A DNA stretch of 64,000 nucleotides from an uncultured Planctomycetia bacterium (GTDB lineage: Bacteria; Omnitrophota; Gorgyraeia; Duberdicusellales; 4484-171): NCBI GenBank assembly GCA_964455085.1, contig CAYVYJ010000002.1, positions 8,194-72,193 on the forward strand, read 5' to 3'. The stretch's first letter is position 1; every line of letters starts with the position of its first letter. The position numbers were made by a program, and so were the translations under genes. The notes under the pieces were generated by a model, which was given only the letters and a program-made list of their open reading frames with translations, did not search any database and had not been told where the DNA came from. This document shows positions 1 through 9,009 of the stretch, one piece after another.

Positions 1-1
1 T

Positions 2-352
2 TATCAGAGACCCTGCGGTTTTATCGCAGTTCAGATAACAAATTATGATGATTACCGGGCAAAACACGGCTTAATTGCTGCTGAAAGAGTGCTTAAGAAA
101 ATGGGTAAGGTCTTTAAAGAGACCTTAAGGCCAGTTGATATTGCCGGAAGAATTGGGCCAGGCACACTAGGGGCGATTCTCATCGAGAGCAACAAGAGAC
201 AATCCCAGGAAATAACCAATAATTTAAAGGATAATTTAAAGCAGCTTTGTGGATCTGAGATCAAATTAAACTTTTCTGTAGCTGAGAGCCCCATACATGG
301 GGTTACTGCCCACGAGCTTATGGTATTTGTCCAGAACCACAATAATGCATAA
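2..352 (+). CDS. C-terminal part of a degenerate GGDEF-domain protein (5' end outside window); active-site GG(D/E)EF replaced by GPGTLG but I-site RxxD (RPVD) retained
   Basis: Frame-2 translation ...YRAKHGLIAAERVLKKMGKVFKETLRPVDIAGRIGPGTLGAILIES... aligns with the GGDEF fold (RxxD-x3-RxGG[DE]EF region) but lacks the catalytic motif; stop at 350-352. Confidence 0.6.
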   Translation, partial: YQRPCGFIAVQITNYDDYRAKHGLIAAERVLKKMGKVFKETLRPVDIAGRIGPGTLGAILIESNKRQSQEITNNLKDNLKQLCGSEIKLNFSVAESPIHGVTAHELMVFVQNHNNA

Positions 353-378
353 TAGCTAAAAGACCATTGTAGATAAAG

Positions 379-825
379 ATGAAATTCTATAAACAAATCG
401 ACAAACCTTTAGGGCAAATATTAGTAGAGCGGGGCGTTATAAGTAACACTCAGCTCCAGCAGGCCCTGGAAGCTCAAAAGCACGGTGGAGGGCTTATTGG
501 AGAAGTTATTGTGGAGTTAGGGTATGCTAAAGAAGAGGACATTGCTTATTGCTTATCCCTGCAGTTTGGATACCCTTATCTCTCTTTAGAAAATTACGAT
601 ATATCACAGGATATTAGCGAAATTATTCCTAAGAATGTCTCTAAGCACTATTGTTTAATTCCCATAGATAAGATCGGAAATACCCTTACGGTTGCTATGG
701 CTAATCCTTTGAACATTCAAGCTATAGAGGATTTAGAGGATATAACTCACTGCGATATTCAGATATTTGTCAGCACTCCTTCGGACATAAGAAAGAGTAT
801 AAATAAGTTTTCCAAAGACAGATAA
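379..825 (+). CDS. Standalone MshEN / GspE N-terminal domain protein (putative c-di-GMP receptor)
   Basis: 148 aa; PLGQILVERGVISNTQLQQALEAQ...LIGEVIVELGYAKEEDIAYCLSLQFGYPYLSL matches the two tandem MshEN motifs; C-terminal half resembles the GspE_N/T2SSE_N fold and the N-terminus of the ATPase at 967. Confidence 0.7.
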   Translation: MKFYKQIDKPLGQILVERGVISNTQLQQALEAQKHGGGLIGEVIVELGYAKEEDIAYCLSLQFGYPYLSLENYDISQDISEIIPKNVSKHYCLIPIDKIGNTLTVAMANPLNIQAIEDLEDITHCDIQIFVSTPSDIRKSINKFSKDR

Positions 826-966
826 ACCGCACATTCATGGCTAAGTGAAATTCATAAACTACACTCTTCCTAAGGTCCGAGACTAAGTGGTCGAGTGGAA
901 GGGCTAAAGGACACTGCTTTTATTAACAAAGATGGATAAATTAAATGGTAAAAGAGGAAGAAAGGG

Positions 967-2670
967 GTGAAGCGAAAAAAATTCTCAGATTATTTGATAA
1001 AGAATAAGATCTTAACCCCCGAGGAGTTAGAGAAAGTTTTAACTGTCCACAAGAAAAGAGGCGGTTCATTAGTTGAATTGCTGGTAAAATTAGGATATAA
1101 AAAGGAACTGGAGCTTGTTGGTGTTCTCTCGGGTTATCTTTCAATTCCTCCCGTCAGGGTTCTTAACTTAAATATCCCCCAAGAAATCTTGAGTCTTGTC
1201 CCGGAAAGAATTACCCGGGATTATCATGTTTTGCCAATCGGCAAAATTGGCAGCACTTTAACTTTAGCCATGGGCGATCCTTTGAATGTCTTAATTATTG
1301 ACGACATCAAGAAGATTACCAAGTGCGAAATAAATCCAGTCATAGCTCCTCTTTCTGAAATCAAGGAAGCCATATCTAAATGTTATGTCCAGGAACCGGC
1401 AGAATCTATTGAAGAGATAATCGGATCTCAGTCAGCCGAAGGCATAAAGTATATAAAGGAATCCAGAAAAGAGGCGACCCAAGAGGAAATCATCCGTTCT
1501 ATAGAGGAGGCGCCGATATTAAAGTTTACAAACCACTTTCTTAAACAGGCAGTTGAAGAAAGAACCTCGGATATCTTGATCGAACCTCTGGAGAGTGTAA
1601 GTAGAATCAGGTTGCGCATCGACGGCGTTTTAAAGGAAGTTGAAACCTTTTCTAAGAAAATTCATCCCTTTGTGATATCCCGGATAAAGGTAATGTGTAA
1701 CCTCAACATTGCCGAACACCGGCTACCTCAAGAAGGTAGATTTCGAGGAAGAATTCTCGACAAGGATGTAGATTTTAGGGTATCAATCTTACCTTCTAGT
1801 TTGGGAGAAAAGGCTGCGATTAGGGTTTTAGATAAGGCTACAGCCCTCCTGAACTTAGACCTCTTGGGGTTTGAAGAAGACGTTTTAAAAAAGGTAAAAG
1901 AAGACAGCTTAAAATCTCACGGTATGATTCTTGCTTGTGGACCCACCGGAGCCGGCAAGACCACAACCCTCTATTCGATAATAAACCACATTTATAGCCC
2001 CGGGAAAAATATTGTTACTGTAGAGGATCCAATCGAGTATCAATTGAAAGGAATTAACCAGGTGAGCATAAAACCTAGCATAAACTTGACTTTTGCTTCT
2101 ACCTTGCGGTCGATATTACGACAGGACCCGGACATAATAATGATTGGTGAAATTAGAGACGGTGACACCGCAGATATGGCTATAAAATCGGCATTGACCG
2201 GACATCTGGTTTTGTCCACGCTCCACACTACAACTAGTTCTGGTTCAATTACTCGATTAATCAATATGGGGGTGGAACCCTTTTTGCTTTCTTCTACCCT
2301 CTTAGGAGTCCTCACCCAGAGATTAGTAAGAAAATTATGTCCTAAGTGTAAGGAGAAAGTGGAGCTGTCTAGCAGCGTGAGAGCCAAGTATTTAATTAGC
2401 AAAGGGGCGGAAACCTATAAAGCCAAAGGATGTAATTTCTGCCAAAAGACGGGCTATAAAGGGAGAATATCTCTATGTGAGTACTTACGGGTTTTGCCAA
2501 AGACCAAGGGCTTAATAAGTGCTTCAGCTACCGAGAGCGATATAAAAAAACAAGCTCGAGCCTCAGGCATGCGCACTTTAAGGGAAGATGGTATAGTCAA
2601 ACTGGGAAAGGGGATAACCACCTTGGAAGAGGTATTAAAAGTTACTAGTGCTGATGAGTCGAGTGGATAA
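967..2670 (+). CDS. pilB: Type IV pilus assembly / type II secretion ATPase (PilB/GspE family), paralog 1, with N-terminal MshEN-like domain
   Basis: GTG start; Walker A GPTGAGKTTT, Asp box and His box (IMIGEIRD), C-terminal tetracysteine CPKC...CNFC zinc motif; N-terminal GspE_N domain. Confidence 0.9.
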   Translation: MKRKKFSDYLIKNKILTPEELEKVLTVHKKRGGSLVELLVKLGYKKELELVGVLSGYLSIPPVRVLNLNIPQEILSLVPERITRDYHVLPIGKIGSTLTLAMGDPLNVLIIDDIKKITKCEINPVIAPLSEIKEAISKCYVQEPAESIEEIIGSQSAEGIKYIKESRKEATQEEIIRSIEEAPILKFTNHFLKQAVEERTSDILIEPLESVSRIRLRIDGVLKEVETFSKKIHPFVISRIKVMCNLNIAEHRLPQEGRFRGRILDKDVDFRVSILPSSLGEKAAIRVLDKATALLNLDLLGFEEDVLKKVKEDSLKSHGMILACGPTGAGKTTTLYSIINHIYSPGKNIVTVEDPIEYQLKGINQVSIKPSINLTFASTLRSILRQDPDIIMIGEIRDGDTADMAIKSALTGHLVLSTLHTTTSSGSITRLINMGVEPFLLSSTLLGVLTQRLVRKLCPKCKEKVELSSSVRAKYLISKGAETYKAKGCNFCQKTGYKGRISLCEYLRVLPKTKGLISASATESDIKKQARASGMRTLREDGIVKLGKGITTLEEVLKVTSADESSG

Positions 2671-2675
2671 AAGCA

Positions 2676-4388
2676 ATGACAATTAAAGAGAAAATCTTAG
2701 CCTATATTCAGCAAAACAATAATCTGGATAAGAAGTTACTTGCCGAGATTAATAAGAAATCTGCTAACTATAAAGACTTTAAACAAATGCTTCTGGAGAA
2801 GAACCTTATTGATGAGGAAGGTTTGCTGTCCCTCCTCTCAAAAGAGCTTAAAATTCCCTTCCTGGACCTCAAGAAATACAAAATACCTTTAAAGAATCAG
2901 GAATTTCTTCCTCAGGAAGTAGCCTTCAAGCATAAAGTGATAGTGGTTTGTAAAATCGGCAAGGCACTTACTCTTGCCACCGCTAATCCTTTAGACCCCA
3001 TCGCTTATGATGATCTAAAAATCATTACTGAAGCTGATAAGATCGACTTGGTGCTTTCTCGCCAAGAAGATATAACCAAAGAGTTAAATGTTCTCTATAA
3101 AGTTTCCGAAGATATTACCAAGTCTTTTGACGAAAGTACTTCTTTTGACGTTGAGGAAGTTAATGAAGCTAAGGAGGGCAGCGAGGATTTAGAGAATTTA
3201 ATTTCGGAAAGCAAGAATCCTCCGATTGTAAGAGCTATTGATCTAATCGTCTATAACGCCTTAAAGAAAAGAGCATCTGATATTCATGTTGAGCCCTATA
3301 AAGATAAGTTGTTGGTAAAATACAGAGTTGATGGTGTTTTAAACGAAGAATTCAACTTTCCCAAACGTAACCAGCAGGCGGTAATTGCCCGGCTTAAGAT
3401 AATTTCTTCTTTAGACATAACCGAATCTCGTCTGCCCCAAGACGGACGGTTTAAAGTGAAATTTGAGAATCGCGAAATAGATTTTAGGGTTTCCAGTCTT
3501 CCTACTAACTTTGGGGAAAAATTTGTTTTGCGGGTCTTGGATAAAAAAAGTTTGTCTATAGGACTAAAAACATTAGGATTTTCTCCCCAACCTTTAAAAT
3601 TATTTGAGGAAGCGGTAAGGGCGCCTTTTGGGATAATTTTGGTGACTGGGCCTACCGGAAGCGGCAAATCCACAACTCTTTATTCGATAATTAACCAGAT
3701 AAATAGTCCCGAAAGGAATATAATAACTATTGAGAACCCGGTTGAGTATCACTTAGAAGGCATAACTCAGATTCAGGCTAATGCTGATATAGGGCTAACT
3801 TTTTCAGCGGGCTTGCGTTCGGTCTTACGACAGTCCCCAGATGTTATAATGGTCGGGGAGATAAGAGACTCAGAGACTGCTGATATCGCGATTAAAGCCT
3901 CTTTAACCGGTGAGATTATTTTCTCAACACTCCATACTAATAGTGCAGTTGGAGCGATTATCCGCCTAAGGGATATGGGCACAGAACCCTTTCTTTTGGC
4001 TTCTTCATTAGTTGCTTTGACCGCACAGAGATTAGTAAGAAAGTTATGCCCTAAGTGTAAAGAGAAGTATAAGGTAGAGGAGGGAGCTCTAAAGGAGCTG
4101 GAGATAGATTCTTTTTGTCGTCAGCAGGGAGGAGGAAAAGAGTTTTACCGGCCTCAAGGATGTCCTTATTGTGGGCATAGCGGGTATCGAGGCCGGGTGG
4201 CTATCATTGAAATTATTCATTTAGATGATAAGATAAAAGAGATGATTGTAGAGATGCGTTCCGAAATCGAGATTGTTAATTATGCTCGGCAATTTAGAGG
4301 CTACAGTCCCTTGAGGGAAGATGGGTTTTTAAAATGTATAGAGGGAGTAACTTCTATTGAGGAGGTTATAAGAGTAACTTCAGAATAA
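2676..4388 (+). CDS. pilB: Type IV pilus assembly / type II secretion ATPase (PilB/GspE family), paralog 2
   Basis: Walker A GPTGSGKSTT, VIMVGEIRD, CPKC...CPYC tetracysteine motif, N-terminal GspE_N domain; full-length (570 aa), so PilB-type rather than PilT-type. Confidence 0.9.
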   Translation: MTIKEKILAYIQQNNNLDKKLLAEINKKSANYKDFKQMLLEKNLIDEEGLLSLLSKELKIPFLDLKKYKIPLKNQEFLPQEVAFKHKVIVVCKIGKALTLATANPLDPIAYDDLKIITEADKIDLVLSRQEDITKELNVLYKVSEDITKSFDESTSFDVEEVNEAKEGSEDLENLISESKNPPIVRAIDLIVYNALKKRASDIHVEPYKDKLLVKYRVDGVLNEEFNFPKRNQQAVIARLKIISSLDITESRLPQDGRFKVKFENREIDFRVSSLPTNFGEKFVLRVLDKKSLSIGLKTLGFSPQPLKLFEEAVRAPFGIILVTGPTGSGKSTTLYSIINQINSPERNIITIENPVEYHLEGITQIQANADIGLTFSAGLRSVLRQSPDVIMVGEIRDSETADIAIKASLTGEIIFSTLHTNSAVGAIIRLRDMGTEPFLLASSLVALTAQRLVRKLCPKCKEKYKVEEGALKELEIDSFCRQQGGGKEFYRPQGCPYCGHSGYRGRVAIIEIIHLDDKIKEMIVEMRSEIEIVNYARQFRGYSPLREDGFLKCIEGVTSIEEVIRVTSE

Positions 4389-4409
4389 GATATATACAAT
4401 AGGTAAAAG

Positions 4410-5624
4410 ATGAAATTATTTTTTTACAACATCAAAAACAAAGACGGCAAGACATCCCGAGGGATGATTGAAGCTGAGTCTCAAAGTAAGGCAATCGAAC
4501 ATTTCCAAAAAGATGGACTGATAGTTCTCTCTATTAAGGAGACCAAAAAGAAGCTCAAGACAAAGGTAAAGGGGAAGGTTAAGACCGACGATTTAGTAAT
4601 CTTCTCACGCCAATTTACCACTTTGATTGAGAGCGGGATACCAGTGGTTGAATGTTTAAGCATTCTCCAAGAGCAAATAGAAAAACCTTATTTTAAAGGA
4701 GTCATCAGCTCGGTATTAAAAGATGTTCGTGAGGGATCAGCTTTATCAGATGCTTTAGCTAAGCACAAGGATGTATTCCCTGATATTTACTTAAGTATGG
4801 TAGAAGCTGCAGAATTCTCCGGTAACCTACCCGAAATTTTAGACCGGGTATCGATTTACCTAGAGAAGAGCAATGCTTTAAGGAAAAAAGTGACTTCGGC
4901 TCTTTACTATCCGGCAATCATTATCTTAATGGCAGTTGGTATAACCGGGTTTTTGATATTCAAAGTAATTCCTACTTTTAAAGGTATATTTGCTTCTCTC
5001 GGCGGAGAATTACCTTTACCGACCCAGCTCTTAATAAATTTCTCTGATGCTTTAAGAAGGAAGGAAATTGTATTCCTTATGATTGGAAGTGTATTTGGCG
5101 GGTTCTTTGCGATTAAGACCTATATTAATACCCCTGGCGGTAAGAGAACTTATCATAAGCTTCTGCTTAAGCTCCCGATAGTGGGAGAATTAGCCAGAAA
5201 AATGGCCATTGCTAAATTCTCCCGGACATTTTCTACCTTAGTAAAAAGTGGTGTGGCTATAGTCAGATGTTTAGAGATTGTGGGTAAAACTTCTGGAAAC
5301 AAAATAATCGAAGATGCTGTTAGGGAATCTAAGACTTCTATCCAGGAGGGCCAGCCCATTTCAGTCCCCTTGGAGAAGACCGGCGTATTCACTACTATGG
5401 TTATTAAGATGGTATCAATAGGTGAGAGGAGCGGACGGTTAGAGGAGATGCTTTCAAAAATAGCCCAGTTTTATGAAGATCAGACCGATGCCATGGTGGC
5501 TGGTTTATCCAGCCTTATAGAACCCCTGGTAATAGCTTTTTTAGGCATAATTGTCGGAGGCATAGTCATATCTTTATTCCTGCCGATAATAAAAATGACC
5601 CAATTTATTGGGGGAATGCACTAA
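4410..5624 (+). CDS. pilC: Type IV pilus inner-membrane platform protein PilC/GspF (two T2SSF repeats)
   Basis: 404 aa, polytopic; repeated T2SSF-like segments (IFSRQFTTLIESGIPVVECL... / FSRTFSTLVKSGVAIVRCL...). Confidence 0.85.
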   Translation: MKLFFYNIKNKDGKTSRGMIEAESQSKAIEHFQKDGLIVLSIKETKKKLKTKVKGKVKTDDLVIFSRQFTTLIESGIPVVECLSILQEQIEKPYFKGVISSVLKDVREGSALSDALAKHKDVFPDIYLSMVEAAEFSGNLPEILDRVSIYLEKSNALRKKVTSALYYPAIIILMAVGITGFLIFKVIPTFKGIFASLGGELPLPTQLLINFSDALRRKEIVFLMIGSVFGGFFAIKTYINTPGGKRTYHKLLLKLPIVGELARKMAIAKFSRTFSTLVKSGVAIVRCLEIVGKTSGNKIIEDAVRESKTSIQEGQPISVPLEKTGVFTTMVIKMVSIGERSGRLEEMLSKIAQFYEDQTDAMVAGLSSLIEPLVIAFLGIIVGGIVISLFLPIIKMTQFIGGMH

Positions 5625-5625
5625 G

Positions 5626-5654
5626 TTGACATTTTAGCCTGGCTATGGTATATT
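5626..5654 (+). promoter_or_regulatory. Sigma70-type promoter upstream of the major pilin gene (TTGACA-17-TATATT)
   Basis: -35 TTGACA 5626-5631, 17-nt spacer, -10 TATATT 5649-5654; about 100-nt leader before the pilin start with RBS GGAGGTG. Confidence 0.55.
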
Positions 5655-5756
5655 TATGTGTGTTCTTTATAATATATTTTTGCTGCAAGGCCTGTGAAAA
5701 GGGGGTGAAAAAAGGAGCAAAAAATGGGCCTTGGCTATTAAAAATGGAGGTGAAAA

Positions 5757-6176
5757 ATGAAACGCAAGGGTTTTACTTTAGTTGAAATTATGATTGTTGT
5801 TGCCATTATTGCTCTTTTGGCAGCAATAGCTATACCTAACCTTCTAAGAGCAAGAGTAAATGCTGCTCAAGCCTATGCCCAAGCAGCTTTACGAACCATG
5901 TCTACAGCTTATGAGAGTTATGCTGCAGCCAATAGTGGCAGCTACAACGAGACCTTAGCTAATTTAGCAAGCTCTTCTGTCCATGATCCGGTTTATCTTA
6001 ACCAGAATTACGCAGCTTGTACAGCCGCTGCCCCTTGTCAAGGGTACTCTTTTGCCTGTACCCCGGCAGTGGGAAGTTACACTTGTACAGCTACCGGTCA
6101 GGGAGCTATTTCTGGCAAAGCTAATAACTACCAGATAGTAACCGGCGGAAGTTTAACTGTAGCTAGCGGGTCATAA
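5757..6176 (+). CDS. Type IVa pilin (prepilin with class III signal peptide MKRKG|FTLVEIM), probable major pilin
   Basis: N-terminal cleavage/methylation motif G|FTLVE with E+5 and hydrophobic alpha1 helix; Cys-containing C-terminal region; strong promoter upstream and terminator downstream. Confidence 0.9.
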   Translation: MKRKGFTLVEIMIVVAIIALLAAIAIPNLLRARVNAAQAYAQAALRTMSTAYESYAAANSGSYNETLANLASSSVHDPVYLNQNYAACTAAAPCQGYSFACTPAVGSYTCTATGQGAISGKANNYQIVTGGSLTVASGS

Positions 6177-6202
6177 TAAAACTTCTTCAGGAAGAAATAT
6201 AA

Positions 6203-6233
6203 CCGCCTCTTTGAAAAAAGAGGCGGTTTTTTT
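6203..6233 (+). terminator. Rho-independent terminator after the major pilin gene
   Basis: CCGCCTCT-TTGAAAAA-AGAGGCGG hairpin followed by TTTTTTT. Confidence 0.8.
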
Positions 6234-6280
6234 ATTCCCGCTAATTTTTTATCCCCTTGTCAAGCCTAGGATATTCTGCT

Positions 6281-8290
6281 ATGATTTTGCTATTAAATAT
6301 GGGTCAAAGAATTAAATCATCCTTCAGGAGCATTATTGCCGAGTCGCTTAAGATAACAACAGCCATTACCTTTCTCTTGATATTCATAGAGTCTTTAGGG
6401 AATTATACCTTTTTTTACCGGCATTTTCCCCGCAAGGGCTTCTTTACTCTTATTTTCAACTCTAGCGTATTAAAGTTTATCAGCTTGCCAATCCTTCAAC
6501 TTACTCTGGTTACTTTTATGGTTTATTTTTTCATAATCTTTTTCTTTGTCTATGCACTATTTTCCTTAAAGCAAGCCTTGAGATTAAGCAGCGGGAGGGC
6601 TTTAGGAGGGTTTTTCTTATTTTCGGCAATAAGTATTTATATAGCCCTTTATGCCATTTACGGCTTTAATGGATTTTTATGCCCGGAGTCGCAAGGCCGC
6701 CATTTTTTTCTCTATAAATTTTTCCTAGCCCAGGACAATTACCACCAACCACTTTCATTTTGGGTTCAAATTAGTTATTATCTATCCGCTGCCTATTGGT
6801 TGGGTTTATTTTTATTTACCCTCAAAGTAGCAAAATCAAAGGTGGTTCTAATCACAATGCCGTTAATTGCCGGGTTGATTATTGCCCTTTCTTTAGTGAC
6901 CTCTAACTTGTTCTTGATTAAAGAATTCAAAAAGAGAGACAACGTTATTTTAATTGGTCTAGATTCAATTCAATACAATCAGCTTTGTAAAAAGTGGGGG
7001 TATGAGAAAGATCTTGCGCCTAATATTTGTAGGTTTTTGGAGAATTCAACTTCCTTCACCAATGCCTGGTCTCCCTTTGCCCGAACCTATCCTTCTTACC
7101 TGAGTATATTGACTGGACGTTATCCGATAAATAATGGAGCCAGAGCAAATTTAGTCCCGGATCAGCATATAAAAACCGATAATATCTATTTAGGCGATAT
7201 CCTTAAAGGTAAGGGCTATTATAGATTGCATTCTACTGATGATGTGCGGTTTAGTAATATCCGGGCAGAGCATGGCTTTGATCAGCTGTTTTCTCCCCGT
7301 AAAGACGTAAGCGGCATTCTAATTACTGCTTTTTATGACTATGCTTTGGTTAATATAATGATTCAGAAGAATATATTAGCGGGACTGTTTAGCCCGATAA
7401 TTCATAATCGGGCCCACGTTGCCTATAACCCCAAGGCCTTTATAAAAGCCTTGATTAAAAGGATCAATCGTCTGCCTCAAGACAAGAGACAGTTCATAGT
7501 TATTCATCTCTGTGGGAATCATCAGCCATACTCTTCTCCTTATCCCTATACCCGGGATGAGAATTTAATAGAATCTTCTGAACGTTGCATAGCCATGGTT
7601 GACGATCAATTTGCTGAATTAGTAGAGTATTTGAAAAAGAGTGGTTTGTATGATAATTCAATAATTGCCCTTTTATCTGACCATGGATGCGGCTGGAACA
7701 GTAATAAAACTCGATTAACCCATGGAAGCGACTTCTATTATCCTTGGGCTAACCGTATGGTTCTTGCCTTTAGCCCTAATTTAAAGCCTAATGCCCCTCA
7801 GAAGATTAATGCTTTGGCCAGGAGCGTAGATATTTATCCCACGGTTCTTGAGATGCTGGACGTCGATATACCTGAAGGTATAGACGGCAGGAGCCTGATG
7901 TCTTTAATCCAGGGGGAGGAAGCAGAACCCCGTAAGTTATTTGCTGAAACCGGATACTCTTTTAGTGTTGATTTTAATCAGGAAGTAATGGTAGATCCTG
8001 AAAGCATCCGTTCCGAGCTGAAACGTTTTAACGTAGATCCGCAGACCGGGTTTATTTATATCCTTGATGATGATTACCAGGAGCTCCTAAAGAAAAAATG
8101 GTATATGTTAATTGATAGGGACCGAAGGTTAATATATAATCCCTTTTTAGATATTACTGAGGTTTTCAAAGTCGACAGGGAGACTGGTGAAGATATATCT
8201 CTTAGGCCTCAAGGACCGGATTCTTGGTTATATGCAGAGCGGGGGGGAGAGCTTCTTGGTGAGCTTAAGAAGCACTTTAAGCTCGAGTAA
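6281..8290 (+). CDS. Polytopic membrane protein with C-terminal alkaline-phosphatase/sulfatase-superfamily domain (LtaS/EptA/PptA-like); start uncertain (TTG 6257 or ATG 6281/6299)
   Basis: About 230 aa N-terminal region with at least five hydrophobic helices, then a domain with VILIGLDSIQ (metal/nucleophile region) and LLSDHGCGW (DHG motif); a possible TTGTCA-17-TATGAT promoter lies at 6257-6285. Confidence 0.6.
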   Translation: MILLLNMGQRIKSSFRSIIAESLKITTAITFLLIFIESLGNYTFFYRHFPRKGFFTLIFNSSVLKFISLPILQLTLVTFMVYFFIIFFFVYALFSLKQALRLSSGRALGGFFLFSAISIYIALYAIYGFNGFLCPESQGRHFFLYKFFLAQDNYHQPLSFWVQISYYLSAAYWLGLFLFTLKVAKSKVVLITMPLIAGLIIALSLVTSNLFLIKEFKKRDNVILIGLDSIQYNQLCKKWGYEKDLAPNICRFLENSTSFTNAWSPFARTYPSYLSILTGRYPINNGARANLVPDQHIKTDNIYLGDILKGKGYYRLHSTDDVRFSNIRAEHGFDQLFSPRKDVSGILITAFYDYALVNIMIQKNILAGLFSPIIHNRAHVAYNPKAFIKALIKRINRLPQDKRQFIVIHLCGNHQPYSSPYPYTRDENLIESSERCIAMVDDQFAELVEYLKKSGLYDNSIIALLSDHGCGWNSNKTRLTHGSDFYYPWANRMVLAFSPNLKPNAPQKINALARSVDIYPTVLEMLDVDIPEGIDGRSLMSLIQGEEAEPRKLFAETGYSFSVDFNQEVMVDPESIRSELKRFNVDPQTGFIYILDDDYQELLKKKWYMLIDRDRRLIYNPFLDITEVFKVDRETGEDISLRPQGPDSWLYAERGGELLGELKKHFKLE

Positions 8291-8304
8291 GAGCCTGGTT
8301 GGCG

Positions 8305-8333
8305 TTGACAGAGGAATGAGTCTGTAATACAAT
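8305..8333 (+). promoter_or_regulatory. Sigma70-type promoter (TTGACA-17-TACAAT) upstream of the second pilin gene
   Basis: -35 TTGACA 8305-8310, 17-nt spacer, -10 TACAAT 8328-8333. Confidence 0.6.
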
Positions 8334-8371
8334 ATAGGCGGTATTCTATAGCCGATAATAGGTAAAATATT

Positions 8372-8785
8372 ATGAAAAAAGGGTTTACACTTGTTGAAAT
8401 AATGATTGTAGTTGCTATCATTGTTATAGTAATAGCAATGGTCAGTGTTAACCTCCTGAGGCCAAAAGTAACCGCAGTTGAGACTAATGCCCAAACTACT
8501 TTAAAGACAATGGGCACAGCCCTAGAGTCTTACGCCGGTGAAAATGGCGGAATCTATGCTACTGGCAATGATTTAAGTCAATTATATAATCCTGACCCCA
8601 AGTATATTAATAAAGATTACGTTGCTGATTGCACGGTCGCCTCACCTTGCCAAGGCTATTCTTACAGCTGCCAGTTAGCAATGGCCGGTTATACCTGCAC
8701 AGCCACCCCTGATGCCGGCTATACTGGAGCCAGAACTTTTCAAATTGTAACCGGAGCTAGGTTAACAGAAGTTGCTGGGGAATAA
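8372..8785 (+). CDS. Type IVa pilin paralog (prepilin, MKKG|FTLVEIM)
   Basis: Class III signal peptide; C-terminal region paralogous to the 5757 pilin (shared ...CT.A.PCQGYS..C.....YTCTAT...QIVTG...). Confidence 0.9.
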   Translation: MKKGFTLVEIMIVVAIIVIVIAMVSVNLLRPKVTAVETNAQTTLKTMGTALESYAGENGGIYATGNDLSQLYNPDPKYINKDYVADCTVASPCQGYSYSCQLAMAGYTCTATPDAGYTGARTFQIVTGARLTEVAGE

Positions 8786-8895
8786 ATTCCTCTCTTAACT
8801 CTTTTTAGTACCATTAAGCCCACCGCTTTTGAATCAGCTTGCCTTTGTTTTTAATGCACCGATCAGTTAAATATAGTTTTTAAAGAAGAGATTCG

Positions 8896-8924
8896 TTGAC
8901 AATGCGAAGGCTAAGTTATAAAAT
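8896..8924 (+). promoter_or_regulatory. Sigma70-type promoter (TTGACA-17-TAAAAT) upstream of pilMNOPQ
   Basis: -35 TTGACA 8896-8901, 17-nt spacer, -10 TAAAAT 8919-8924. Confidence 0.5.
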
Positions 8925-9009
8925 ATTTATAAGAGTCTGTCTTTTTCCTTTCTAAAAGTATTTTTGACAACGAAAGCGTAATAAAAGATAACTCTTTAGC
9001 AGTAAATTA

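Noticed and set aside
52-396. 114-aa minus-strand ORF, plus many similar antisense ORFs in the track (e.g. 941-1144, 2040-2402, 3296-3673, 8209-8517, 19143-19478, 23902-24285, 34870-35460, 46144-46551, 56424-56918)
   Set aside because: Each lies entirely inside a well-supported plus-strand gene with recognisable motifs, and none has an RBS or a recognisable domain. They are treated as chance ORFs on the non-coding strand.
5600-5760. Sigma54 (-24/-12 TGGCAC-N5-TTGC) promoter for the pilin genes
   Set aside because: No GG-N10-GC element was found. Clear sigma70-like -35/-10 hexamers are present instead.
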